Source: Amphiscolops sp. MND2022
Lineage: Eukaryota
Direction: 5' to 3'
NCBI GenBank assembly: GCA_964187785.1
Contig: OZ076409.1
Coordinates: forward strand, 90,336,001 to 90,400,000
Length of the DNA stretch: 64,000 bases
Below, one piece after another: positions 23,714 to 37,952 of this stretch. The notes under the pieces are model-generated. The model searched no databases. It was not told the origin of the DNA and saw nothing but the letters and a program-made list of their open reading frames with translations. Every line of letters starts with the position of its first letter. Within the stretch, counting starts at the first letter, position 1. The position numbers and the translations under genes were made by a program.

Positions 23714-24564
23714 TTTTTAGCGGGCGCTTTTCGTTAGGAAAAACCGACATTAGCAGTTGCTTTTTCAAGACCAGCTTACTGACTCATTTCTATAAGGATT
23801 TCTATGAGTTGTGGTTCAGTAACTTCTTACTGGCACCCGTCAATTCGCCTAATGGTAACAGCGTTTGGGCCATTTTCTCAAAATCAGTTTACGTGGGTTG
23901 GAACTATTGCGCTGGACCAAAATGCTTGCAAAAGTTGAGGTGAGACAAAAGGGTCACTTTTTAGTTTTTTTCGGCATCATGCGACATTTTTCTGAAAAAC
24001 TTTATATCGAAGTGCCTCTTGTCAATTTTTGCAGAATCAAAGACTTTTGCTAGCAAAGGGGCCCTCTTAGGGTTTTCAGCACAATGAGAGTTATCGAAAA
24101 AAATTTAAAAATTTTGATGAACGTTTGGGAAAATGTTTTTCGAAAGATTTTCCCACAGTTTTTGTTTATTTGTGGTTTTCTTTTGAGGAAAACCGTTTCT
24201 GTGGTCACGCGAGGACGATGAGAGTTTGTTTTCTCAATAATTGTTAAAAAGACCTACGGTTTTTCGATACTGTGCAATTTCCTCAAAAAAAGTTTGTCTT
24301 CAAAGAATTTGATCAGAGGGTGCTCTTTGATTTGAAAAAAATCCGGCTCAGAAAAAAAAGCGTTTTGAAACTTTTTTTTGAAACAAATAGGATTTTTCGA
24401 TGTTTCGAGTTGAGAAAAAAGTTTTCGAGTCTTTTGAGTATACCTTCCTTTATTTTTGACACTGTATATTAGAATTTCCAACGATAGTGTCCTTTTGCAT
24501 ATTCAAACACTTTACACTGTTTGACTTTTGAGCAGGAGTGAACTAGGGCCGTTCCCGGCTTGTT
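23714..24564 (+). mobile_element. Related HINE-like element (truncated copy at about 21048-21466)
   Basis: 5' ttttagcgggcgcttttcgttaggaaaaaccgaca and 3' ctagggccgttcccggcttgtt mirror the family termini. Confidence 0.5.
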
Positions 24565-24849
24565 TATTTTATGCAATGTTCATTTTGATTTTCAAAACTG
24601 TACAGGCATTTTTGTTGTCACAATTCCATTGCTTTTTCTTTTTCAATCGAAGGTTCGTTTTGCAACTGCATTCTTTAGGAGGCGTCTAATATCAGTTCAT
24701 GAAACATATAACGCGTTTCCAAGGCGCCTCTTGTTCTTTGTAATAATACAGATCTTCCATGAAACCTTCGTCCCTTGTCGAAAACGCCTACAAAATAGTT
24801 CAAATTTCTAGTAGGCCAATATCTGGGCTACAGGGGCGGAAGTGATCCG

Positions 24850-25370
24850 CATCGAACTTAATGGTCAAGTGAACAGGGAATAAACCCAAGCGAATCCGAA
24901 GTCGAGCCTTTGGACATTGTTCGCCGCTGAAAGGCAAACTGACAGCTCCTGCTGCCAACCTGGAACCAAACATTCATATGCATGCGTTTCAACAGATCTG
25001 CAAATGGTGACTAGATTTTTGGGCATTAGACGGAACACACGAATGCAGCTGCACTAAAGCCGTTGGGGAAGGACATGGGAGCCCCGCGGACGAAGAACTC
25101 CGATGTTGAAAAACAATCGATATCTGTGGGGTCCGGAACACAGCAAATTTCTCTCTGCGGATGTTTCAGCTGGAGGGCCGCGTAGTTGTCGACCGTGAAA
25201 TCCCTAATCTTATCGTCGCTTAGTGCCATTCTGATTCCGACCTTTGTCCAATTGAGTCGATCTAACTTGGTTTTCTGTTGCGGTTTCCTGTTGCGTTTCG
25301 GTTTTATCTAAATGACAACATTCTCAATGACAACATCCCGAATACGCTTGTTGATAACTGCACTGGGTGA
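24850..25370 (-). mobile_element. Fragment of a CRE-like non-LTR retrotransposon (pre-RT region)
   Basis: LQLKHPQRE...FFVRGAPMSFPNGFSAA resembles the LxxKHP...SFPxGSAxG segment that precedes CRE-type RT. Confidence 0.5.
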
Positions 25371-25749
25371 TGACCTCTGATGTTTACCTCCTCGAGGAAG
25401 TGCTCAAAAAGCACCACATGGCATCATTTGACAGATGTTTACGATTATCATTAATTTTGGGTATCGAGTTTTCAGCTAGGGCGATCCGTGAAGAGCACCT
25501 ACAGCTGTTCATGACTTCTTTCCATCAGATGAAATTTAGTTTTCACGCATTGAAAAGCGGGAGGATTTTTTGATAAAATCCTACAGCTTAATCATACTGC
25601 TCTGGCTGGTTCTTTTTCTTCTTAATAGTTCTTCAAATGACCCAAATGTTCTATGCTTCTTGCTCAAATTGTAGTAGAAACAGCAAAGAAAGATTAAATG
25701 GGTAGACGTCTCCTCGTGGTTGCAGATACAGAGTGGCGATGGTGCTCTC

Positions 25750-28400
25750 AATATTTGTTATTGAAAGGCTCGTGAAATGCATTGGTTTGTAAGCATCTCA
25801 ATTATCAATTTGGTCGCTCAAAGATCTTGGTATCAAACGTTCTGTCGATTCTATGGGAGGAAATTCTGGCAATATATTCCTCAGTCGGCTATTCCATAAT
25901 TCGAGACTAAACTCTTCACATTTTGTTCTGTGTATTTTTCACCCGGGGCGATACCTGAAAATCTTCGGAGACCTGAAATCCAAAACCTCGGAGAGTCGAA
26001 TGTAGTGACCTTGATACATTGCTATGGCGGTCTGATAAGGCTATTGAACACTGGTCAGAGTCAAAACCGTTATTATGAGCAAATTTAGCGTGTGATAATC
26101 GAATTTCAAGATCAAAAAGGAATTGGCTACAGATGTAAACCATTTAACTGAGCTCGAGTTTGTATTTGGTATTTGATGATTTCGATAATGTTTTGTAACA
26201 TAAGCTGCTTGTTCCGAATGCAATGGGATTAGCCCCAATATGAATTATGTATGTTCACACGGCGATCACAACGTTATTCATTAGCATCCAAATGGTGGAG
26301 GTCGTGATGAATTGATACTGTATAAGAAATTCCAAAGATCCCATGGTTTTTTCTGCTTTTTTTGTACATTCTTCGAAATGTGCTCAAAAATTCAGTTTGT
26401 TATCTATTGTGATACCGAGCGCAGTTGACTTGCTTCCTGGCAATACTATATTTGCTGCAAAATCTCGGACTTCTTTACAGATATTTGAAAACACAGCAAC
26501 TTCTGTTTTCAAACCCGAGACTCTGAGACGCCATTTTCCAATCCGTTCTGTGATTTCCTTGCAATCCTTTTGTAGATGCAAAAGAGCTTCTTCCATAGAG
26601 TCACCTGCTGAACCATGTGTGGTGTCATCGGCGTACTTTTCAGTTTTGCCTTTTCATTTATGTCTGCAATGTAGAAGATAAATAAAACTGGAGAAAGAAT
26701 ACTTCCTTGAGGGATGCTAACTATTGGCAAGAAGTTTTCTGATCCGTTCTTGCCTATTTCGATGTACACGTTTCTGTATTGGAGATAATGGTCAAAGATG
26801 TTCAGAATGTAGCTGTTTATTCTTCACGGAGACTATACATGAGACCAAAAATCCAAATCGAGGCGAATGAATTTTCTAGGTCAATAAGTGGGCAGCTCCT
26901 ACTTTTCCTTGCCCAATAACATTTTGAATATTGTTTATCAATTTTTATATGCATCTCTCCGCTTTCTGAATCCTTCTTGGCTGTTATCAATTAAGCTTTT
27001 CCTCTCCAACTCATTTCTCAATCGTCTCTCTATTATACGTTCGTTCAAACAGCTTTCCTACGTAGGAAGTGAGTTTAATTGGCCTGTAGCTGTTAGCAAT
27101 AGTACAGTCTTCATTCTGAGGTTTTCGGAGGAAAATGACTTTTCCTATATTCCAAATGTAGGTTCCTGCAGGTAAACGAGGTTTACAAAACTTGGCAATT
27201 TTGAAGGACTGGCAATTTTGAAGAAGGTTCAGATGTGACGAAGCAGGAGTGGATGTATGCCATCTGAATGACTTATTGCTTGTTTGAGATTCCTTCAGAA
27301 CGCTGGCTAGCACTTCGTCGCTTCTCTGTGTGCTCAGAGGCTGCACAAAATCCTGATGGAGATTTCCCGTGTGGGTGTCTTCTACTAATGTCACTAATCT
27401 CAGCCAAGATTCGTCAAACGTATTTTTGTGAAGGTGACTGACAGAGAAAAACGTGGAGCGAAGAAAAGACTTGCAGTAAGCGAAACGTGGAGCAAATTTA
27501 TCCGCTTTTTTGTCTAGAATTTCGCCGTTTGAAACAAGTCATCCCAACGGTTTTGTTTCTCTGGTCGGAGTAAACACAATTGTTATAATGCTCAGCTTTA
27601 GATTTCATCAAAGTAGTCTGAAAATGTTGTTTGCGTGCTTCATAGTTGAGGGTGTTTATGGGGTCCGATCCGATTTCCAGTATATTCCTGGTTTTTGGGA
27701 GTTGAAGTGACAGCACTTTAAACTCTTCATAAAAGTTTGTCTTTGATTGTAAAGTGATATGCTATTAAGAGTGTAAAGAGGTATAGTGAGGTTGGCAGCT
27801 GGGCTGATACATTGCAGCAAGATGCCCCATAAACATGTAGCATCACTGCATTCGCCAATTTCAAGCCATCGCGACTGAAGCAAATATCTAGGGTTTCCCT
27901 CCATTTATCCGAATTGATTTTTTGTACATCTTTTGTATGGGTGGATCTGCTGCGATATCGAATGTGACAATAACTGGGTAGTGGCCTGGCCTCTGGTTTG
28001 AGGGCCAGTGAACAATTCAGTGTAATAGTCCATTTTGAAGCGCAAAAATGCCCTGCGTAGATTGGCGTTGCATTTAACCCGGATAATTACGCTTTCTCCG
28101 TATGTGCCTGTGATTGTGGGCTACCCATCATTAAAAGCTATGAGTTCTTCTTGCTGTTGGAAATCCTTCAAAATTTTCCATTGAGCCTTTTGTCGCCCCA
28201 GCTTGGTTGCTTTGCATTGAAGTCACCAAGGCGAAGAAAATTGGACACGCCCAAGACTGTTCCTTTCTTTATGGCTAATCCATTTTCATAGATAGCTCTT
28301 TGCATTTCTTCTATACTATTTGGACGGCAGTAAAGACCTCCTACTACCTTGCTTTTCCTCGAAACGTTACAATTTGTCTAAGAAGAATGCTGGATTTGGA
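25750..28400 (-). mobile_element. Degenerate LINE ORF2 (APE endonuclease + RT)
   Basis: LGDFNAKQPSWG and GHYPVI (APE); SYRPIKLTSYVGKLFER, IPQGSILSPVLFIFYIAD, KYADDTT and LGITIDNKLNF (RT); many frameshifts. Confidence 0.88.
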
Positions 28401-31400
28401 TTTCCAGATTAAAAACTCTCGGGTTGATATTGACTGACATAGAGAGCTAAAGGGACTCTCGAAAACGACCGGCGACTGAAGAGGAATTGTTTGTCTAGCA
28501 CAAAGAGTGTTGATCGATTCTCACGTAATGCTACTTTCAATTCTCTCATGAGGCAGAACTTTAGGATCTCTCGACTTGACTTCAATGCTCGAGTCCCGTC
28601 GACTGTATCGTGTCGCCTCTTCCAGTATATAATCTAACAACGTATGTAACAATTTTAAGTTTATTTTGATTTGCATTTCAGTGCCGTTAATGTTATCGTC
28701 TGCAATTGAAACTTTGATGCAATGATTTCCCTTTGTCCAGTGATACGACAAATTGGTTAGACCAATCAATGATGCAGTTCCTGTGTGCGCCTTGTTTGAA
28801 TAATGCCGTCAACGAAATAAAGTATTCCCTGAGACATGTAATCAAGAAATAAGCAACAACATTCAGAGGTTTGTCGTTTAAATATTTCTGGAACAGTAAA
28901 TTGAAAAAAATGCAGAACGTCATCAGTCACTGTTTGCTCAAAAACAGAAGGCTCCTCATATGGCACGACGTAATTAGCAATAATATTTCCAAACACATAT
29001 AAAACAATTTCACGAGCTTAGCCGTGAAGCAGTTAGTTGACAAATTCGGAACCTTGAAGAATTGCTACGATTGTGTACTGTCAACGCAAAGGAAGTCAAA
29101 ATATCTCCTATCAACTGAAATCCTATATTAGATCACTATATTACACGTGAATATATTGTCAATGCGAAATAGCAAAAACCCTTCGATCAAGTTGGAACTG
29201 AACAAAATATACCCAAATCACAAGTTGGAGCTACATCTGTTCACAGTAAACATCGATCAAAAAAGAAGCCACTCAAGTGACGAATTCAAACCGTTAAAGT
29301 TCAATATTAATAAACTTCATCCGTTTTGCTCTCAGTAGGATTAACTTTCTTGGAGCTGAAAAAGACTTGAAGTCTGTCGAAATATATTTTACCGTTTTAT
29401 TGATCGCAAAAAAGGTATCGTTCTTGTTAATTGGAGTTCTCTGTAAAGTTCACTTTCTCAAGACAAGAATTGACTAGAATTTAAAATGGACTGCGTCCTG
29501 TTGAATCTCCAAGAACCAGAAGATGCCTTGTTGCGGCTTACTTCGGTCAAAGTAAAGACCAGAGTTGAAAAGAAGCAGGAATTAGATGCCGATCCGACAA
29601 GTGGACGGGAGAACAATTACCAAATCACGGTATTCTTTATCAGCCGGTGTGGCTTCGAAGCACCGTAAAAAGAGCTTGATTGCGCCCAAAGCTTTTGAAG
29701 ACATTATAATTGCTGACGTTAATGCAAAAACAGTTGCAGGTATAAAGCCAGCCGGAAGATTAGTCAATGCTGAAAGAAAGACGTTCTTCTCTACCGCTCA
29801 AGGAAGTGATGAGCCTGGAACTGATTTTCTAGCTTTACTCAGAGAAGCTGCTCGTTACTGCAAATTCGAAACTCTCGAAACACCCACAGATCATGAAGCG
29901 GAACTGATTAGAATGCGTATTTTGGCAGGCTTGAAAGATAAAGAAGAGAAACTCAAATTTTTAGACGCACTACGATTCAACGAGAACTGACAGAGGAAGA
30001 GCTACTACAAACACTCCAATATAGATCTAAGGTAATAAAGTTTGCATCAGGCACTGACTTAACATCGTCTTTTAATATTGAGGCATTTTCGCAGAAGACA
30101 CGCACCGTCAGAAACAGATTCAGCAAAAGACCTTCAGATTGCGCTAGATATGGCGTGGAGCCTGCCCATCAATGGTTTGAATGTGTAGCAATCAATGAAT
30201 TTTGCAACTCATGCAAAACAAAAAGGAACTATGAGGAGGTTTGTCGCAACACTGAGCAAAGTGAAAGGCGCAAGAAAGAAGAAAGAAAGAAAGTAAGAAA
30301 GAAAGAAAGGACGTGACTTACGCCTCTGACATGACTGATGAACAGGTTATCAAAACAAGCCATGAAGAACTCTACTATAAACAACCTGTTGAAAAAGTAA
30401 ATCTTGTTCAACCAACCTGCTCCTGAATGGAAGGAACTCGAAGGACATAAGTTTAAAATTCAGAAGGACTCAGGACCTTCGGTCACAATAATTCCGACGA
30501 AAAAGTGGGCAAAATAGGGCTCGCTTAGCCTGACGTCACATACACAATTCATTGCAGCTTATGATGGCCACTTAATGAGACACGAGGGGTCATTGGACTG
30601 TGAAAGAACATGGAACGGACGCACGTAGCCTCATCGAGTTGCAGTAACTGAATCTGAGAAACGCTTCAACCAAATTCAGCGATTAGAAGATTTGAAACAC
30701 ATTGTTCCTTTACCAGCCGTGAAGGGTCAACCTGCGACAGTGAATCTGAAACCAGATGCCAAACCCATGGTTTGCCGTGCCCGCAAAATCACATTAGCCT
30801 TACAGGACCAAGTCAAGATAAAATTGACCCAGCTGGAACCTCAGGGAATCATAGAAACAGTCAAAGTTGGTGGAGTGATAAATGCCTCACCTGTACAAAG
30901 AAAATGGAACGGGTCTCTTGGACTATGCGCTGACTCCAAAGTCCATGTCAAAGACAGAACAATGACAGAGGCTTACCAATTGCCTGACACGGAAACACTA
31001 TTTCACAAATTGAAAGGTGCCAAATCTTTTGCAAAGATCAACTTGCCGTCAGCATATTATCAAATTGAATTAAATGACGAAGGCCAGAAGATTGCTGCCA
31101 TTATCACAAATGGAGCGACTGAAGAGGCCCCAACAAGGTATGACAAATACTTCAGCCATCTTCCGAGAGAGAACCGAGGAAGCCTTGGAAAGTTTGACAA
31201 AACTATTATCTTTCAAGATGATGTCCTTGTTTTTGGAAATAATGACAGTCAATGCAGGAAGCGATTACGAGCGGTGAGGGATTAATTGGAAGACAAACAT
31301 TTTACGATCAATGAAACAACATCTGGTACAATCACAAAACAACTATCTTTTCAGGTATACACACCACCTTCAGCGAAAGGAATACAGCCAGGTGATCGAA

Positions 31401-33700
31401 ACGTCAATAACAACGACCAAGGTCAAAGAAGCGGAACAAGTCTGTGGATTAGTTAATTATGTCACAACAAAAAAGCGCCCGATCACTGAATTACAAAAAA
31501 CTGATACAACCTTCGGATGGACAACGAAGTGTCAAAATGCATTCATTTTACTGAAGAAGGAACTAGCATCTAAGCTATGGCCCATCCTTATTGCCTAAAA
31601 ATGGAGGTCACTGCGACAATCGATCCATCAGAAAATGCCATCAACGGAGTTTTGTCACAAGAAGAACATCCGGTGATTTACATGTCAAATAGGTTGTCGG
31701 GAGCTGAATCGTGTTATTCTAATATTGAAAGAAAAGCATTGGCCATATTATATGTCATCGGTCTTCTACGACAAATCCTGCTGGGAAGAAAATCAAACTA
31801 ATCACAGTTTTCCCCGAGCAAAGACTTTCTCAAGACAGCCTCAGCGAGAATTTGCAGGTGGGCTAGATAATTGACGGCTTTCAACTACGTTGTCGTAAAT
31901 TAGCAAGGCCGGAAAGTTCCTCACGCAGATGCCATGAGCCGCAAGAACTCAAAGCCGAATATATAACTTATCTGCGGAATCAGACAATGATAAAACGTAA
32001 TATCAGCAGCAAATGGTGGGACTGCTCCAAAAGCCATTCAAAAAACTAGCACTTTTCCTAACTGTCGAGATTGACCTAGTGTATAACGGTACTAGGCCAT
32101 TTATACCTCCGAGACTACGGCGAAACGTTATCGAAAGAGCTCGGGAATTCCATGAAGGTATAAGTTTTAATTGCAACAAGAAATATGATGAAGCTCACAT
32201 TTTGGTGGCCGGGATAGAGCTGCGATATTCAGAGCTACGTGAATGCATGCGCCAAATGTAACGAATTTTGACCTCGTGTTGATAAATTCATAGGAACAAG
32301 GCCCAATCTCGCACCGTGGGAACGACTACACATGGCTGGGCACATGAACAGCAAAATGACTGCGTTCTCATTATAATTGATTCGGGATCTGGAAAGGTCA
32401 AGGTCTTAGTCTGTGGTGATTGCCCAACTGAAACTGTTATAAAGTGCCTTTCGTCGGATAATTGCACATTTCGTCGGTGCAAAATTTTACATTGGCAAGG
32501 AATTCATGGATGTAAAAAGATGGAATCTCCTCAGTACGCATTCCGGTTCATTGGAATTTATTTTAGAGAGAAAATAGGAAGAAAGAAAAGCAAACCGTGA
32601 AGAAAGCACTGAAGACCTGCAAAACCTTGACAGTCAGATTCCACTCTTTTTTACAACGCATCCTTCTCTCCAACCGAAACACGACCAACGCACATGGTAA
32701 CACCCTTGCCTGATTGATCTTTGGAAGATCCTTAGGATTCCAGCTGTTGTAGACTTTGAAATTGGTCAGCCAATATTCTAGAGAGCAACTGCTGAAAAAC
32801 TTGCTATTACGGCAATATATCTTCTTCGAAAGGGGACAAACACTGCTTGGATAAATCCGCAAAAGGATGTTCGGGCCATACTTGCTAGCACAACCCAAAT
32901 TGCCAACTGCCCCTTCAAAATGTCTACCTACAATCTTGCCAAAGACCTTCCTGTCCTCAGAGCCTTGTGAGACGACAGAAGAAAGTTTGAATGATATCCC
33001 AGGCGTTTCCCATCAGATGTCGAGATGTGATCGCCTTTCCAACACTGAACATAAAATCAGTTGATATGGAAGGGTGTGCAAACCCAATCCACGGTTCAAG
33101 GACTTTGCAGTAAAGTGATTAGCTCTTCCTTTGGAGGAGATGTCGCCTCGTCTGGTATATACTCTAACATCGTATGAACTAATCTTATGTTCATTTTAAT
33201 TTGCATTCCAGTGCCTTTAGTGTTATCGATTTCATCTGAAACTTTGATGCAATGAGTTTCCATTGTCTAGTGATACGACATACCGACCTGATGGCAAACG
33301 CCCAAACGGTGTTACCAATATTCCGTGGTAAATGTGTAAACAACTGGCGTGGGAGGTCACGGTTGTGGTTGCTCTTGCACCCTGTCCCCTGAATCAAGGC
33401 TCCGTATGTATTCCAGGGAACAACTTCCACAATGGAAGGAGCGCGTAAAACTGAGAAGTATCGCGAATTAATAGACAATGGATACATTTTTCAACAGGTG
33501 GCCATGGTAGTACAAGGCTCTTTCGGCGAGTGCAATGAAATGTTCACGCGTCTCTGTAAAATGCTCTGTCGTTCACGCGACAATCAACTAGCTGACAGCT
33601 TTTTGCTTTTCGAAGCAACGGATGTCAATGACCCTTCAGATGGGCAAAGCGGCTTGTGTTTTAGGACCTGTGAGCGAAAGAGATGCGTTTGAGGAAATTA
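28400..33700 (+). mobile_element. CRE-like RLE non-LTR retrotransposon 3' fragment, split into 28400-28610 and 33281-33700 by a Gypsy insertion
   Basis: Joining the flanks restores SMLESRRLY|RPDGKRPNGVTNIPW, then RKTEKYRELIDNGYIFQQVAM and MTLQMGKAACVLG (restriction-like endonuclease C-terminus). Confidence 0.8.
28611..33280 (+). mobile_element. Old full-length Gypsy (Mag-like) LTR retrotransposon, decayed
   Basis: 140-bp LTRs at 28611-28750 and 33141-33280 (24 mismatches by hand count); TSD TATCG/TACCG; PPT ggaggaga; remnants of gag (LREAARYCKFE), protease (DSG), RT (FQDDVLVFG), RH (YSNIERKALAI) and IN. Confidence 0.9.
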
Positions 33701-33867
33701 CGAAATTTATTCCATTTGAGTTATCATTTTTAAACCTGTTTGTCATCGCAGTTTTTTTTGAAAAACTTAGTTCGGGATCGGGTTTAGAACCGATCGACTG
33801 GGATAACTGCTGGTTTCAGTAGTTTGTTGGTTGTTTTTCTGTTGCTACTGGCATAGTGGCTGGTATG

Positions 33868-34352
33868 GAGTTTCCTCCGGCAACTTGACGTTTCGGCGCC
33901 AACATAGCGGCGGACGTTTCGATGACAACACTGACGCTCAAACGTCCTCTAAAAAGCAAAAACAAAAGATACCTCTTCATAGATACCTTTGCTACATTAA
34001 AACCTGCCTCTCATATGCTCCTGTTTCCTCTAGTGCTCCGCGGCCCCTTGTGGCCGCTAATGTTCTCATCTTGCTAAACGAAGTCGAACACGAGCAAAGA
34101 CCTAGCGGGAAAGCGATCGTAGTGGTAGCTGGTCTTTGCGACGGTGAGGGCGAGCGTGCATACACCGTATATAACCACATGTTAGGTGGGGAAAAAGACC
34201 TGAAAGTTTTTTATTCGCTTTTAGACGTTATTCCTTTCTTTAGACGTTAAAACTTCTTAGACGTAAAAAGAATTGCTCCCCGTGTTTCGTTTTGGTTTTA
34301 AGCTTTCAGAGGACGTTTCGGCGACAGTGTTGTCGCCGAAACATCCGGAATC
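33868..34352. mobile_element. MITE with gacgtttcggc inverted terminal repeats (MULE-like)
   Basis: gacgtttcggcg at the left and cgccgaaacatccggaatcc at the right; same family as 36982-37493; left end degraded. Confidence 0.55.
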
Positions 34353-34639
34353 CTTCCGTCCTTTCTTCGTTGCAGATCACGGCGTGTCTCTTTTTTGTCA
34401 ATCTGATAGTGGATGAAAAATCTATGTCATCTTAGAGAAGATTTTCGAAGGTATTGTGATATAGTGCTAAGATTGGCAAACTACCTCCAGGAAATTCAGT
34501 GTCTTTGAAATTTAAAGGTGATCTATTCACTGCCGCTATCTTTCTTGGAAGGTTTTTCATCAATTTGATGATGTAATTGTTCATAGTAATCAAAGTCTGC
34601 GTGCCTCGTACATAGCAAAATTTCTCATTTTTTCTTCGG

Positions 34640-35650
34640 AGGTAAAGTTATACAGTCTCAAGTGGGCTGTCAGCAAGGGGTCGCCGAAGCTCCAGCTCTG
34701 TTCTCAGACACTAATCAAGACCTCGTTAAGCAAATGGTTTCGCAAAATAATGTATGGTACCTCGACGACGGGAATTTTTTGAATGACTATCAGACGGTTC
34801 TCGAAGACTTCAAACGTATTATTGCTAGCGCCGACCAGTATGTGTTATTACTCGAAGAAACTAAATATTACCTTATTTTCCTAGGAAATTGTACCGAAAG
34901 CTCAAAAAAGAGAATCAAAGCGCTTTTTGACGAAACTTTCCCGGGTATTGAAGTGGAGGATCGTGAGAATTTGGAAATTGTAGGGTCGCCAAAGGAAGCA
35001 AATGCTCTCCAAGTCCTGTTGAACAAAAACCTGATTGATTTGCAAAGACTCTCCGAAGTCGTTACGAAATTATACGCTCACTATGGGTTTTACCTGTTGA
35101 AGAACTGCTTCAGTCCACCAAACCTACTTTACTTTCTTCGTACCAGCCCATGCTTTGAAGAGATGGACCTCCTCCAGCATTGTGATTCCATTAGTTGCAA
35201 TTCATTGTCCAAAATCTGCAATGTGAATTTTATTGAAAGGCTACACTCAGGCGATTCTCCCAGTCTCCAAAGGAGGAATAGGCGTTGCATCTGCTTCCCA
35301 GATTCTTCTGCTTCTTGCTTTTTAGCTTCATCAACGGGCGCCAAATGTGCTCTGTCGTGTATCCTCCCTGAAGACTATGTTAATGCATCGTTTGAAAAGG
35401 CTTAGAAGATGTCGTTGACGAGGACGAAAATATCAGAAGCACCGTCGGACTTCATCGAAAACATTGGATGTCTCCTCTAAGCTATGGTACTAATGATCAA
35501 CTTATAACCCACCTTGATGCGGTAGAAAACAAAAGAATGAATGCTTATCAAGACCCCTTTGGTTGAGCTTGGCTGAATGGTGTACCAAGCAAAAATCCCT
35601 GTCTGAAGGTAACAGATCAGCAAGTGCGCATCTCAATATGTCGCCTTGCT
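34640..35650 (+). mobile_element. CRE-like non-LTR retrotransposon RT fragment
   Basis: GCQQG...PALFSD, NVWYLDDGN, LLKNCFSPPNLLYFLRTSPCF and later WLN.VPSKN..LKVTDQQVRISI. Confidence 0.85.
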
Positions 35651-35915
35651 TGCTAATCATTACCATTTCACGGGCCGCATTCAGTTTCTGAATTTAGATT
35701 TGTCCTGAATCCATTATACTCTACTCTGGTTGCATGATCTCGTTCCTAAATATTTTATGTTTCCTATGTTGGGTGGATGATTTGTTTGTCTTGGCTTGGG
35801 ACACAATATGAATAAAGAAGCGTTGTTTTTAAAAAGAAACGCTGATTGATCACAACGATCTATTTCTCATGAAGTATCAAAGACTACTAGGGTCTTTTCA
35901 GTCCCCCCTCCCACC

Positions 35916-36847
35916 CAGGGTTTTCGATCCCGATTCGATTTTCGATTCCGTTTCCCGATTCTCAAGCGCTCGATTCTCGATTCCGGATTCCAAATTTTTC
36001 AAATTCGATTTTCGATTCCCAATTCCGATTCCCAGGGCGGCGATTCCGATTAATCCTGGGTCCAAGACAAAAAACGGGTCGATTCCGATTCTATTTTTTC
36101 GAGAAAGTTGCACTAAACACTTTTTCATGGAATTTGTTTTTTTAAGAATTAAGAAATCACTTTGTTTTAACTTGTTTTTATTTTTATAGTCCTTTCCTCC
36201 TTTTCCATGCCTCGCTCATGTGATTAATCTAATTGTTAAACAATTGATCTTCAATACTTGCACACTAGAGGATGATGACAACGTCGAGTCTGATAGTGAG
36301 GAGCATGCCATTTCTGACCACGAATACAATGAATCCAAAAAAGTAATGCGGGCGGCAGTCCAAAAAATTAAACGTGTGTCATCAGTGCACGACAGGTTTT
36401 TAACAGTTCAAACAGCAATCAGAGGTCTCAGTGATCCTCCGCCAGATAGCAATTGTAAGCAACCTAAAGATATCTTGGAAGTTGTAGTCGACAGTTTTCT
36501 TCAGAACCGCTTGTCTACCCCCAGCCATTCAAGAAACGTATTCTTAAATTGCAATAAATTGTTTTCCCGCAAGTAATTCCACTTGTTTTTGATCATGTTT
36601 GCTTGATTTGAATAATTTAAGTTGTCATAATTTTTGTTTTTTGTAGCCGAAGTTCGAGTTTTTCGTAATTATATAATTATAACCGTTTTTAGTTAATAAT
36701 ACATTCGATTCCACTCCATTTCAGATTGGCTTGGCATTCGATTCCGATTCCCGATTGCCAGGTCCAAAATCGACCCGATTCCGATACCCGATTCGATTTT
36801 CAACGTGGCGATTCCGATTCTGGAATTTTAAGGAATCGAAAACCCTG
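35916..36847 (+). mobile_element. Internally deleted hAT DNA transposon
   Basis: TIRs cagggttttcgat / atcgaaaaccctg; perfect 8-bp TSD CTCCCACC; gattc subterminal repeats; transposase remnant FPCLAHVINLIVKQL (CxxH motif). Confidence 0.92.
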
Positions 36848-36981
36848 CTCCCACCACAAATTTTCCAAAAATCAGTAAAAATACTGAAACAAAAATGTGA
36901 ATACCAATCCAAATTTGTAATTCAATGCCAAAGTGTCAATTTCGACTTCAGATATGACGTTTGTTCACACTACTTATTAAG

Positions 36982-37493
36982 GGAACAGGACGTTTCGGCA
37001 AAAAAACTCTAGACGTTTCGGCAAAAAAACTCTAGACGTTTCGGCAAATTTTTCATGCCGAAACATCCCGTATTATCTTGGTTTTGTTTTTGGTTTTCTA
37101 CAAAGTGGTTAGGTCCAGTTTGTAGAATACCAGTTTGTACAAATCTGGAATTGAAGAAAAACGATAAGACCATTAATGTAGGAATGATGCAGAGCATAAA
37201 ACATGCCTCGGATATGTCCCTATTTCCTCTAGTGCCCCGCGGCACCTCTTGGGGCCGCTTATATTCCCAACTTGCTAAGCGAGGTCGAACAGAAGCGAAG
37301 ACCTAGCGGGAAGGGAGAGAGCGGGATCGTAGTGGTAGCTGGTCTTTGCGACGGTGAGGGCGAGCGTGCATACACCGGATATGCCCCACATATCATACGA
37401 AACGTTTCGGCAAATGTTTTTAGCCTAGGACGTTTCGGCATATTTTTTTGCCGAAACGACCGTCGCTGTGTTCTTGCCGAAACGTCCGGAACC
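36982..37493. mobile_element. MULE-like MITE
   Basis: TIRs ggaacaggacgtttcggca / tgccgaaacgtccggaacc; flanks acttattaag / tcttactaag (8/10 match, degenerate TSD). Confidence 0.7.
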
Positions 37494-37604
37494 TCTTACT
37501 AAGTGACGCATTGTTGATGAGGAATCCCAATTTGGAATTGATATCAAGTATAAAACGTGCACTGGATATGTCCGTTTTTCCTCTAGTGCCCCCGGCCCCT
37601 TAGG

Positions 37605-37952
37605 GGTGGGCGGAAGTAGGTCGAAGGAACGGGATCGAAAATCAGAGTTAGTCCTCAGGTCGACATACCAATTTTTTGAATGGGATCGAAACAACTCGGA
37701 TCGAACTTTTTATAACGTAATCAGATATGTTCACATACCCCTAGTGCCCTGAATGCAGGAGCGAAGCGAAGCGGAGTGACGTGCCATGTGGCCATGCCTC
37801 AATGTTGCTACTTGGCGAAGGGAGCGAAGCGACCGAGCCATACAACAAATACGATAAAATTCGACCGCATTCCATTCGATCCCTGCAATTCGATCAAAAG
37901 GTTCGACCTCTGTCCTTTCGACCAGAAAAATTCGACCTATTTACAGCCACCC
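37605..37952. mobile_element. MITE nested inside a short interspersed repeat
   Basis: TIRs gggtgggcggaagtaggtcgaa / ttcgacctatttacagccaccc; splits the third copy of the repeat seen at 34014 and 37211. Confidence 0.65.

Larger units (their letters stand above)
18812..24132. repeat. Tandem segmental duplication, 2 x about 2.66 kb
   Basis: 18812-21466 matches 21473-24132 with scattered SNPs and indels; paired ORF-track entries (20981/23647, 21199/23865). Confidence 0.95.
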
